A DNA stretch of 64,000 bases from Planctomycetota bacterium. GTDB taxonomy: Bacteria > Planctomycetota > PLA2 > JAEUHO01. The position numbers were made by a program, and so were the translations under genes. A model generated the notes under the pieces. It was not told the origin of the DNA, ran no database searches, and saw only the letters and a list, made by a program, of their open reading frames with translations. Below are positions 1-8,360 of this stretch, one piece after another; within the stretch, counting starts at the first letter, position 1; every line of letters begins with the position of its first letter. Location of the stretch: the NCBI GenBank assembly GCA_965222115.1, contig CBDCTJ010000007.1, forward strand, positions 2,720,001-2,784,000, given 5' to 3'.

Positions 1-587
1 TCCGGATCGTCCGCCACATGACTCTTGGTAAGTCGCACGCAGCGCAATGTGGCATCAAGGGGGTTGTTGAGCTCGTGAGCAACGCCCGCTGCCAACTTGC
101 CAATCATGGCCAGCTTGTCTTTGACACGAAGTTGTTGACGCAGATCCAAGTTGCTACGTAGCGCCATATGGTGCTCGCGTGCTTTCTCAACCGTTGCCAA
201 GATCTCGGTAGCGCGGCACGGCTTCGTGAGTACATCGAACGCCCCTGCGCGCATAAGCTCCACGGCTCGTTCCACGGTTCCGTAGCCGGTCAATACAATG
301 CACACCGAGGCCGGCGAAATCTCGGCAATCTGTGTCACCAATTCGCTCCCACCCATCGGCGACATCTGCAGATCCGTCAACACCACTTCCGGCGGCTCTT
401 CCCGCGCCGCATCCAACGCCGCCACGCCGTTGCTCACCGTCGTGACCGCATACCCCGCCATTTCGAGCACGCTTCGCAAGAAGTCGCGCACGATCTCCTT
501 GTCATCCACGACCAACACCCGCGCCCCGTCCACAGGACGAGCGTCGGGCAGGGAAGCGCTGGAATTGGCGGGTTTGGGGTGGTTCAT
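1..587 (-). CDS. Hybrid response regulator-histidine kinase, N-terminal part (runs off window start)
   Basis: Not in ORF track. My minus-strand translation from ATG 587 gives a REC domain (RVLVVDDKE...VLTDLQM...VLTGYGT...VLTKP) then an H-box LAMIGKLAAGVAHELNNPL. Alternative in-frame ATG at 605. Confidence 0.85.
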   Translation of the reverse strand, partial: MNHPKPANSSASLPDARPVDGARVLVVDDKEIVRDFLRSVLEMAGYAVTTVSNGVAALDAAREEPPEVVLTDLQMSPMGGSELVTQIAEISPASVCIVLTGYGTVERAVELMRAGAFDVLTKPCRATEILATVEKAREHHMALRSNLDLRQQLRVKDKLAMIGKLAAGVAHELNNPLDATLRCVRLTKSHVADDP

Positions 588-777
588 GATGAAAAAAGCG
601 AACATGAACCTTTCGACCCCCCGCGTCGTGATCTTGAGACATTCGCGTTTCGTCCGCCAAACATCTGGGGGGGACGGACGTAGTTGGGGCCGCGGCGGTG
701 TTCGCAGGATGGAAGGGCCCCGCGGTAGGCGAGCGTGAAGGCGGAGGTTGGCTAAATGGAGAGGTAGCCTCGACGAC

Positions 778-1050
778 ATGGCCACATTTCACTGCGAGCA
801 GACCTTTACGATCCTTCCGGACCGCTTTGTGTTCGCCGGTCAGGTTCGCGCTGGGGTGATCGATGCGGGCATGTCCGTGAACGTTCCGCTCAATGGCAGC
901 GTGGCCATTCGGTGCGAGGTCGTTGAGGTAGAGGTGATCAATGCGGTCGACTCTACAAAGATCGGCCTAGTTGTCCGGGTTACAGACAACGAAGAACTTG
1001 AGTTCATGCGTGCGCTGAACGTCTACGATGAATTCCTGGAAGTGGAGTAG
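778..1050 (+). CDS. Small hypothetical protein, possibly EF-Tu domain 2-like beta barrel
   Basis: ATG 778 preceded by GAGG; beta-rich pattern FTI..RFVFAGQVRAGVI..GMSV...IGLVV; fold assignment is inference. Confidence 0.55.
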   Translation: MATFHCEQTFTILPDRFVFAGQVRAGVIDAGMSVNVPLNGSVAIRCEVVEVEVINAVDSTKIGLVVRVTDNEELEFMRALNVYDEFLEVE

Positions 1051-1111
1051 CGCGAGGGCTTGAAGTCGCACTTGCACCCTTGGCGCGCAGTTCCAGGAGA
1101 CGCGTAAACTC

Positions 1112-1129
1112 GAACCCGATTGCGGGTTC
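1112..1129. terminator. Small hairpin between convergent genes, possible terminator
   Basis: GAACCCG-attg-CGGGTTC between stops at 1050 and 1135; no clear U-tract. Confidence 0.3.
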
Positions 1130-1134
1130 CATCA

Positions 1135-2511
1135 CTACCGCGCACGGCGCATCTTGATGTGTCGTCCGCCTGCAATCATCGTGACGTTGAACACGGTTGA
1201 CGTATCGGCCTCGTCCCAGCGTTCTAGTTGCTGGAGCGTGAGCACGCGTCGCATCCGCCGATGGCCTTCCTCGCGTATCTCGGCGAGCACATCTTTGTAG
1301 GTCGATGACGATCCTGGCATGCGCTGAGCCATCACGGCTTGCAACTCGCTTTCGAATTTCGTCCCTTTGTCACGGCCTTCGCGGGTAGTTGCCACCAAAT
1401 GATCTGCAACGTCTTGTTTGATTTCGTGTGGCGCCCGACCCGTGTGAGGTTCTGTCTTAAGTATCGCAAGAATCTCGTCCCGCACTTCATTCTGGATTCG
1501 TTGCATATCCTCGGCCTGATGCGGCTCCAACTTCAGGACTCTGACTGCATGGAGCACGTTCCAAATTCGTGTTTTGGTTTCCTTGGGTTCTTCTTCATCG
1601 ACAGTCTTTGGTTGCGATTCGGTCTCTGCTTCTTCATGCTCTTCTTTGTCTTCTTTAGCAGCGCTCGGTGCGGACTTGCCGGACGAGCGCAGCGCGGGAT
1701 TTGCCTGACTTGGCGTAAGCGGCTCGTTCCTCGGTGGTCCCAACATGGTGGGGGGCGACGCCTCGCGATCGGTATCCAGCGAAGCGTCCAGATGTTCAAG
1801 ATGAGATGCCTCGGTTGAGAGCGATTCTTGATAGTTGTCTTGGATCGCGTGCTCCGCGTCACGAGACGATATCTCTACATACGCGATGCTCCCGATGAGA
1901 AGGAGCAGAAGAGCGCCTCCGAGTGCTGCTGTCGACTTTGTCACTGCGATTCCTCCCGCGAGTTTTGGAAGTGCCCCCGTGAGTAGAGGTGCAATGGATG
2001 CCTGCCACGGCTTACGGTCCGCTTGGTGTTTGCGGTGCAATTCTGCGCGCACCAACGCGAGGCCCCGGTGCACATGCGATCGATGGGTGGCCCTGTTCAC
2101 GCCCAGCGCCTCGGCGGCCTGAGCGGGCTCGAGGCCGACGACGAACTGCAACACCAAGGCAGACCGATAGGGTTGGTCGATGGAGCGAACGACCTGAATC
2201 AGCGACTCAAGCGCATCCATCTGATCAAGTGCGATCTGGTCGGCTGACTTGCCTTCCGGTAGGGCGCAGTGCTCCTCGCGCTTCTTACGTCTTTGCTGAG
2301 ATCTGCGCCGCTCCCGAGCGACGTTGCGGGCAACCCCCGCCAGCCATGCGTCGCTGCGTTTGATCGTTTGTGGTGCATTCAAGACCCGGCACCAAGCATC
2401 CTGCGCCGCGTCGTCCGAGTCGTGCTCGTTCCCAAGCACAGCTCGCGCCAGGCATTTCATACGCAGGGTTGCAACCCGCAGGTCTCCGGCAGTGATCGCA
2501 TCGAGGTCCAT
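1135..2511 (-). CDS. ECF sigma-70 factor with transmembrane helix and long C-terminal extension
   Basis: Region 2 (DSDDAAQDAW...AWLAGVARN), region 4 (IDQPYRSALVL...AQAAEALGVNRATHRSHVHRGL), then TM AALGGALLLLLIGSIAYV and a hydrophilic tail. Start 2511 preferred over 2658. Confidence 0.85.
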   Translation of the reverse strand: MDLDAITAGDLRVATLRMKCLARAVLGNEHDSDDAAQDAWCRVLNAPQTIKRSDAWLAGVARNVARERRRSQQRRKKREEHCALPEGKSADQIALDQMDALESLIQVVRSIDQPYRSALVLQFVVGLEPAQAAEALGVNRATHRSHVHRGLALVRAELHRKHQADRKPWQASIAPLLTGALPKLAGGIAVTKSTAALGGALLLLLIGSIAYVEISSRDAEHAIQDNYQESLSTEASHLEHLDASLDTDREASPPTMLGPPRNEPLTPSQANPALRSSGKSAPSAAKEDKEEHEEAETESQPKTVDEEEPKETKTRIWNVLHAVRVLKLEPHQAEDMQRIQNEVRDEILAILKTEPHTGRAPHEIKQDVADHLVATTREGRDKGTKFESELQAVMAQRMPGSSSTYKDVLAEIREEGHRRMRRVLTLQQLERWDEADTSTVFNVTMIAGGRHIKMRRAR

Positions 2512-2650
2512 CTCTATAGAGTAGTGGCCGCTGGATGGGAGGCTGTTGCGTGCAGGTGAAGTCTGGTTGACAACATTCGCAGGTTCTTTGGAACCTTCTT
2601 GATTCCGGTGGCGTCCGTACTCCTTCCCCATTTTTGAAGAGGACCCACCC

Positions 2651-3247
2651 ATGAGCACACAATCAGACGAATCAACGCAACGAAACGCATCAAACGGGGC
2701 ATCCGAGCCTGGGCCCGCCCAGGAGCATGGCCGCTCCCCACAACACGATCAACCGCCCGAAACCGTCACCGAGGCACCGCCCGAGATCATCGCGCTGATC
2801 GAGCGTCTTCAAAATAGTGAATACGTAAAGTCCCTTGAGCCACTCCAGCACTTTGTGAAGGGCCGTACAGTGATCAGCTCACAGGCCGCACGAGCCGGCT
2901 TCGTCCTCTTCCTAGACAACGACACCTGGGTCGCTGCAATCGCGAACGGTACTCGTCTCGAGCACGCCATGGGCACGCACGCCCCCGGAGCCGACGTCCT
3001 TGCGAGCCTCGGTAGTCCAGCATTTGGCGACGGTACGGCACCACAGTCGAGCGATGGCCCCTATGCCAACGAACTAAACGACATAACGGCCGAACTCAAG
3101 CGTGCCCACAACAAGGCGCTAAACGGATTGGCGATCGGAGAATCGTTATTCAACTTTGCCTTCGAGAACGGCTACGAGCTCGATGTTCATTTGACAACCA
3201 ACCAAGATGGCAAGCCCACGGTTCGCGTCTTTTGGGAGAGGTGGTAG
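2651..3247 (+). CDS. Hypothetical protein
   Basis: 198-aa ORF with GAGGA RBS and protein-like composition; no motif recognised. Confidence 0.7.
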   Translation: MSTQSDESTQRNASNGASEPGPAQEHGRSPQHDQPPETVTEAPPEIIALIERLQNSEYVKSLEPLQHFVKGRTVISSQAARAGFVLFLDNDTWVAAIANGTRLEHAMGTHAPGADVLASLGSPAFGDGTAPQSSDGPYANELNDITAELKRAHNKALNGLAIGESLFNFAFENGYELDVHLTTNQDGKPTVRVFWERW

Positions 3248-3319
3248 GGGGTGTGACATGACTATCACGTCAACAGGCAGAGGATGGCATGCTGCATAGC
3301 GACCTTGATCGGAGCAGCT

Positions 3320-4321
3320 CTAGGTGAACACCGTGGGCTGATCCGTCTGGATGAATCGACCCAGATATACCAACGCGTCGTCCAATGTAACTTTCACGTC
3401 GTATTTATCGGCGGGCGGATTGAGCGTGATAACGTGAGGCGCAGCTTCTGCGTAGAATCCCTCAGTGCGTTTCACATCCTGATAACCACTTGCAAAACGT
3501 ACTTGAGTCTGCAACAAGAATGGCCCACGCCATTCGCGATCCTTCGTGTCTACGAAGAATCTTATGACAACATGGTCGGAAGCAAGATTGACCTGTTGAA
3601 CGAATGTCGCGCGCTTCCAAAACATGCGTGCCGGGCTCTCAAGACGCACTTTGGACATCCATCGATGCTCGGCAGGTCCATCCAAGAGATTCAGCAGCGT
3701 GTCTCGCTCTGCGGCCGAGCGGCACACGACCCAGCGTAAGTGCTTCAGATCGAGCTTGTCGGGAACGAGAACCTCCGAGTGCCTAGCATTCAGGATTTCG
3801 GCCCGATTGTGAGATCCAGGGCGCCCGACGCCAGAGTCGTGATACACCCATCGCCAGTTCATCGACTCCAGGAACGCGAGGCCAGATCCTCTCTCGGCAT
3901 ACTTCGTCATGCGCCCCTTCGTGAATACGACTCCACGCTGGCTCAAGATCTTCGGCGCCTGAAAGAGGAGATAGACGGGCACTGGCATATGCGCGCCACC
4001 CTGCACCATGGGACGCGGTCGAACACCTTCGTTCGCAAACTGAGTAGGCGCGCGCGGTCGAAAGTAGAGACGGACCCATCGGCGGTCCGCCTCATCTAGA
4101 TCTGCAACAAGACTTAGGTCGGCCGAGTCAACAGCGATGGTCCCAGCCAATTCCGCAGCTGCACGCGATAGAAGGCAGCCGGCGTTCAAAATTCTAGCGA
4201 TGTTTTCCACGTGGTCAGAGCGATAGACAAACATCGGCCACCAACGACGCGCCTTATCGAGAGATGCAATTGTTGGTAATCGGTCTACAAATGCTGCGGC
4301 TTCATCGGGCGTTAGGCTCAT
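3320..4321 (-). CDS. darT: DarT-family (DUF4433) ssDNA ADP-ribosyltransferase toxin
   Basis: Motifs YRSDHVENIARILNAGCLLSR, WVRLYFRPRAPTQF and the catalytic-Glu strand RHSEVLVP match DarT; adjacent to a macrodomain gene. Confidence 0.85.
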   Translation of the reverse strand: MSLTPDEAAAFVDRLPTIASLDKARRWWPMFVYRSDHVENIARILNAGCLLSRAAAELAGTIAVDSADLSLVADLDEADRRWVRLYFRPRAPTQFANEGVRPRPMVQGGAHMPVPVYLLFQAPKILSQRGVVFTKGRMTKYAERGSGLAFLESMNWRWVYHDSGVGRPGSHNRAEILNARHSEVLVPDKLDLKHLRWVVCRSAAERDTLLNLLDGPAEHRWMSKVRLESPARMFWKRATFVQQVNLASDHVVIRFFVDTKDREWRGPFLLQTQVRFASGYQDVKRTEGFYAEAAPHVITLNPPADKYDVKVTLDDALVYLGRFIQTDQPTVFT

Positions 4322-4330
4322 TGCGGTGGA

Positions 4331-5227
4331 TCATTGGGTAGAAAACAGATCGGAGGACTCGTGTTGAAGTTGCGGCGCCCGAAACTGTAGGGCCTTAGCA
4401 GCATTACGCGACAGGCCCTCGTCACTCTTCGATACATGAACAACGCGTACGTATTTCAGTAACGCGAATATTGGCATGAGATATGAGACTCGCATATGGG
4501 CGGGCGCAATGTTTCGATACACAAACCCATGTTGGCGCAATTGCTGCCAGAACTCTAGGAGATCGTCTTCGCTGAATGAGTAGGTACGTCCGTTTGCGGT
4601 CACGCGAAGTGACGAGTCAGAAAATGCTGCACGAAAGATCCCTCCATTGGTTGTCTTCAGCGTAGGGTGTTTCGCCAACGCTCGACGTAGATCTCGAGAT
4701 ACTTCTTCATAAGCAAGAGAGCGCGGTTCAGACCGAAGCCAAGCGTCAATCGCTTGCTGATCCAAATGCTCAGGCGCGGACTCCTGAGGAAGGGCAGAGT
4801 GAATGAATACTGCGATCGGTAACCGCTTCAGGTACCTGTGCATGAGCGGCTCAACCTGCTCTCGATAGTTTAACTGACCATTTCCGCATCCCAGCGCAGG
4901 GAACGCTACGGAGTGAATACCCGCTTCCGCATACGTATCTGTAAACGTCTTGAGGCCAGCCTCGATGTACTCAAGGCGCGATGCTTGACGCCAGTGCTTC
5001 TTCGTTGGAAAGTTCAGAATCCACTTGTGCGCCGTCTTGTAGAGATGTAGTCCGCCAATCGTCAGCACGCCGCGTTCGCAGAGATCTTGGTACTCGCGAA
5101 ACATCTTGGGATATATTGCCTTGAATCGCTTCGCGATGCCCTTTCCCATGACCCCGACCGTGTTCACGGTGTTGACCAGGACTTGTGCGGGTGACTCGAA
5201 CAAGTCGCCTCTGACGTGGATCAACAT
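4331..5227 (-). CDS. darG: DarG-like macrodomain antitoxin (ADP-ribosylglycohydrolase)
   Basis: Begins MLIHVRGDLFESPAQVLVNTVNTVGVMGKGIA, with ILNFPTKKHWR and SVAFPALGCGNG, typical of DarG macrodomains. ATG 5227 has an AAGGAAG RBS; the upstream part of ORF 4331..5701 looks spurious. Confidence 0.9.
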   Translation of the reverse strand: MLIHVRGDLFESPAQVLVNTVNTVGVMGKGIAKRFKAIYPKMFREYQDLCERGVLTIGGLHLYKTAHKWILNFPTKKHWRQASRLEYIEAGLKTFTDTYAEAGIHSVAFPALGCGNGQLNYREQVEPLMHRYLKRLPIAVFIHSALPQESAPEHLDQQAIDAWLRSEPRSLAYEEVSRDLRRALAKHPTLKTTNGGIFRAAFSDSSLRVTANGRTYSFSEDDLLEFWQQLRQHGFVYRNIAPAHMRVSYLMPIFALLKYVRVVHVSKSDEGLSRNAAKALQFRAPQLQHESSDLFSTQ

Positions 5228-5517
5228 CGGTGTCTTCCTTGGAGCGGTCGTCAATCTCAGGGCGGTCCATGCTAACATAAACCTACTCCGGGGCAAGCTC
5301 CCATTTACCTCGGCTCTCAACCCATCGGGCAAGCACGCGCCGCCAGAACGTATTATACGAGTCTCTCTGAATGGTCCATCGTTCCTGATTGACGTGTGGA
5401 AGGCATATGAGAATCCGCGCACGTCCCAGTAGTCACGAGTTGGCAGGGAGTTCTCGTGAACAACTTCTCCAAGAAGGTCGGCTTCGTTTGGGGCGTGGCC
5501 GACCAACTGCGGGGGCG

Positions 5518-6303
5518 TCAGGCGAGCCTTACCAAGCGCGGCTTCGGCGGCGACAGATCCCGCACTCCTTCCAGGTGATTCACGAGCCATGCCTCTTGAA
5601 AGATGCCGCCCATGAGACTTGTTGCTTCGGCCAAAGTAGCCTCGGCCGGAGTGAAGGCTTGGTAGGTGTTCCGCACAAGCAAGATCAACGGCCCGGACCA
5701 AGGATACTGAGGTGCGCTCTTCGCCTTGGCATGCAAGCGCTCCAAGACAAGGGCGTCAAGTTGCTCATTCTTGATCTTCGTGTGCAGCGGCGATCGATCA
5801 ACATTGGCGCGAGTAGTCCACTTCTCTTTGTCGTTTATTCCAAATCGGAAGCGTGTGACGTTCCATTCCCAAATGCCATCTCTCAATCTAGCAATGAACG
5901 GGCCTGCGCCTCCCGCACGCAAGATCTCAGCGTCCAGCGCGGCAAAAAGTTCTTCCTGCCCACTCCTGCTCAAGTCGGGGAATCGCCCCGTTTGCAATTC
6001 GATATAGCCGCCTGGAGAGGCCGATCTTAGCCTCTCGACGAATCTCTGCCCCATCTGGCGCGTAGCTCGTTGAGCCGCGGCGTCCTCCGACAAAACGACG
6101 CGGGTGATCTCAGCCCCAACTTCAGTATTGTCACGTATTCGGCGTAGAACGGCATCCGGGCGTTCGCGAAATCGAATTTCGTCGTAAACGGCCTGGCCCA
6201 CCTCGTCCTCCAAGAAACGAAGGAAGAGTGCGAGCGTCTGGGACTCGTTGGTCGCTTTGTGTTCGTCGGAGAATCGTGCCATCGGTTTAGATCTTTCGAT
6301 CAT
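5518..6303 (-). CDS. Hypothetical protein, possible PD-(D/E)xK-like nuclease
   Basis: 261-aa ORF with ERPDAVL...VGAEITRV, resembling a PD...E nuclease core; family is inference. Confidence 0.55.
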   Translation of the reverse strand: MIERSKPMARFSDEHKATNESQTLALFLRFLEDEVGQAVYDEIRFRERPDAVLRRIRDNTEVGAEITRVVLSEDAAAQRATRQMGQRFVERLRSASPGGYIELQTGRFPDLSRSGQEELFAALDAEILRAGGAGPFIARLRDGIWEWNVTRFRFGINDKEKWTTRANVDRSPLHTKIKNEQLDALVLERLHAKAKSAPQYPWSGPLILLVRNTYQAFTPAEATLAEATSLMGGIFQEAWLVNHLEGVRDLSPPKPRLVRLA

Positions 6304-6498
6304 AGGGTATCCTATCGGATTTCCGGTTTACGGACGGACGAGGTCGTCGCTGCAGGGACAGTGAGTCGGTCGCAGATGCGCGTTATCCATGTGTAAAGAC
6401 CGCAAGCCGGCCGTCGCAGTTTGCCGCACCTGGGGAACTCGCTAGTTACGATCCTCCCACCCCAGTTCTGTGCATCTGGGGAGCAACTCGTGAGGGAC

Positions 6499-6624
6499 AC
6501 ATTCGTTGGGCGAGGCGAAGAAGAACGTCTTTTCTTCGTTATTGAGACAAAGGGAGGGCTGTTTCCCAGTGCGCTTCGAGCAACAGAGACCGCAAAGATC
6601 AAGTGCGGAAAGGCATAATTCACA
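6499..6624 (+). pseudogene. Remnant of a type III restriction enzyme (Res) C-terminus
   Basis: Translates ERLFFVIETKGGLFPSALRATETAKIKCGKA*F, resembling the Res tail (LYFVVETKG...LR..E..KI.CG..HF) with TAA at the His position; no helicase part upstream. Confidence 0.7.
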
Positions 6625-6638
6625 TAGGGCCGCTCGAT

Positions 6639-6666
6639 TATTGTATTACGTGTATTGTATTACGTG
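6639..6666. repeat. Perfect 14-bp tandem duplication TATTGTATTACGTG x2
   Basis: Read directly at 6639-6652 and 6653-6666 in an AT-rich intergenic stretch. Confidence 0.85.
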
Positions 6667-6715
6667 CGGACGGGTTTGCGCGTGTTAGGGAAGGTAGAGC
6701 ACTTGTTGCGTGCGC

Positions 6716-7288
6716 TCACTTTGTGCTTTCATCGCTAGTTGCGTGCTTGAGAGGAGCGATCTTACTCCAACTCGACAACTCATCACGATGCACGAGAGCG
6801 GCAACTGCGAGCAGCACACACATCGAACCGATCAGGTAAAAGCTCCACGATACGAGGTTGCGCATGCTCGATCTGGTGAATGACGACGGCGAAGTGAGAT
6901 CATCGGCCTTTCTCGCCTTGGCTGCTTCATCTATGGCGGACTTGTGACGTTCAGAGGTCACGATGCTCTTCAACGCGGATAGGACGATTCGCTCAGTCGC
7001 TCGGCGTGCGACCATCGACAGTCCAATGAGTTGCGTGCCTTGTCGCCGCAGCACATCTCCTGCTAGGAGGCCGCAGAGCCCAGCAAGTAGTAAGAGTGCT
7101 GCCACCCCGACGGCTCTACTTTGACCCGGTATCTCGCCGATCGACATCACGCCGACCGCGCCTGAGATCAAAATCACTAGCGCGGCACCGAAGTTCCGAC
7201 TCAGCTGCCAGTACACAGAATTTCGGTGTCGGACCTCCTCGCAATACTCCTTCCAGATCGTCACTGCGTCGTTAACATTCAATCTCAT
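6716..7288 (-). CDS. Small multi-pass membrane protein
   Basis: ATG 7288 with GGAGG RBS; three hydrophobic segments after the N-terminal helix WKEYCEEVRHRNSVYWQ. Confidence 0.7.
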   Translation of the reverse strand: MRLNVNDAVTIWKEYCEEVRHRNSVYWQLSRNFGAALVILISGAVGVMSIGEIPGQSRAVGVAALLLLAGLCGLLAGDVLRRQGTQLIGLSMVARRATERIVLSALKSIVTSERHKSAIDEAAKARKADDLTSPSSFTRSSMRNLVSWSFYLIGSMCVLLAVAALVHRDELSSWSKIAPLKHATSDESTK

Positions 7289-7791
7289 TTGACAGGCCTC
7301 CGAGGAAATGCTGCGGAACACCAGAATATCGGCACCCCCTCGTCCTGCCGAATGCAGAGATACGGTGTATGAACAAATTCTACACACGAACGAGTGTTCG
7401 AGGCCTCACGTGCTGGGGTATCCGTGTGAACGTCGAGGTGATGCGAGGCCAGTACGCGCACTGGGTAGATCGATGGCCCTTGAACTGACGGAGACAATTC
7501 CGGTGCGACATACATGCTGGTTTCTGGAGTTGCCATACGACCGTTGATTCTGCACAACTCGACACGCTCACACCCGTTGACTTGCGTCGGATTTGGCCTG
7601 ATGAGGGCGTGCATTTACGCCTTGGTTGGCAGCGCATGGCCACCAGCGCTCGCGCTAGACGGGTTTCACGCAATGCTCATGACGCTTCGCCATCAGCGAT
7701 CTGCACTTTATACGATCACGTCTCAAATCGACGGGATGTAAACCGCACGCTGCATATGCGTGATTCCGCTTCCCGATGTTCGTGCGTTTCC

Positions 7792-7897
7792 ACCACCCCT
7801 GCGGGGTGGTCCCATGTTGGGGGTGTCTAAACCCAGCGTTCCGCGCCGCTGCGCTTGCGCTCCACACTGGGCTGTGATCCGTGGCCCCTTTGGGGCC
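7792..7897. repeat. REP-like triple-palindrome element
   Basis: ACCACCCC-tgc-GGGGTGGT (7792-7810), CCCAGCGT...ACACTGGG (7832-7871, one mismatch), GGCCCC-ttt-GGGGCC (7883-7897); intergenic. Confidence 0.55.
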
Positions 7898-7957
7898 GTT
7901 GATCTTGACGTGGAACGTTGCCCGCGAGTCGGCACGGAGTAAAGAGGAAGCTCGGAT

Positions 7958-8170
7958 CGTCCACCGTTCGATGCGCAACGCGCAGATCAAAGATCTGCTG
8001 GTGCTTACTCAGGGTCTTCGCGCAAATGGCAATGCCATTTGCTCTTGACGTCCACGTTAAAGCGGCGCGAGTCGTTCATCGAATGCTCAAACCTGAGTCA
8101 GGGTAACGGGCGACGGAAACTTGGGAAACACGCCGATTGGTCCAGCGCGATCGGTACGCGCGGACGCTGC
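7958..8170 (-). repeat. Gene-less (truncated) copy of the type-A four-helix-bundle cassette end, including composite repeat core
   Basis: Colinear with 23930-24165 (shared GGTGCTTACTCAGGGTCTTCGCGCAAATGGCAA and TCCAGCGCGATCGGTACGCGCG); 40-bp core at 8064-8103 on the minus strand; no four-helix ORF follows. Confidence 0.85.
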
Positions 8171-8360
8171 GATGGCGTCATTCGGGTGATGGCCTCCACG
8201 ACACGTTGCCGTGTCACTCCCGATCCACACGCGGGTGTGACATGAGCTTCTTACGGTAGAAAGCGAGGACGGCGTCGCCGCCCGCGGCGTCAGATACTCG
8301 ATGCGCAGGGCCCAGCCATGGATGTGGTGAAAAGAGGGTCTGCGGCGAGGAGTCACGTTC

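Noticed and set aside
7290-7790. Short ORFs upstream of the membrane protein gene
   Set aside because: Mutually overlapping, no RBS or motif support; treated as non-coding or decayed sequence.
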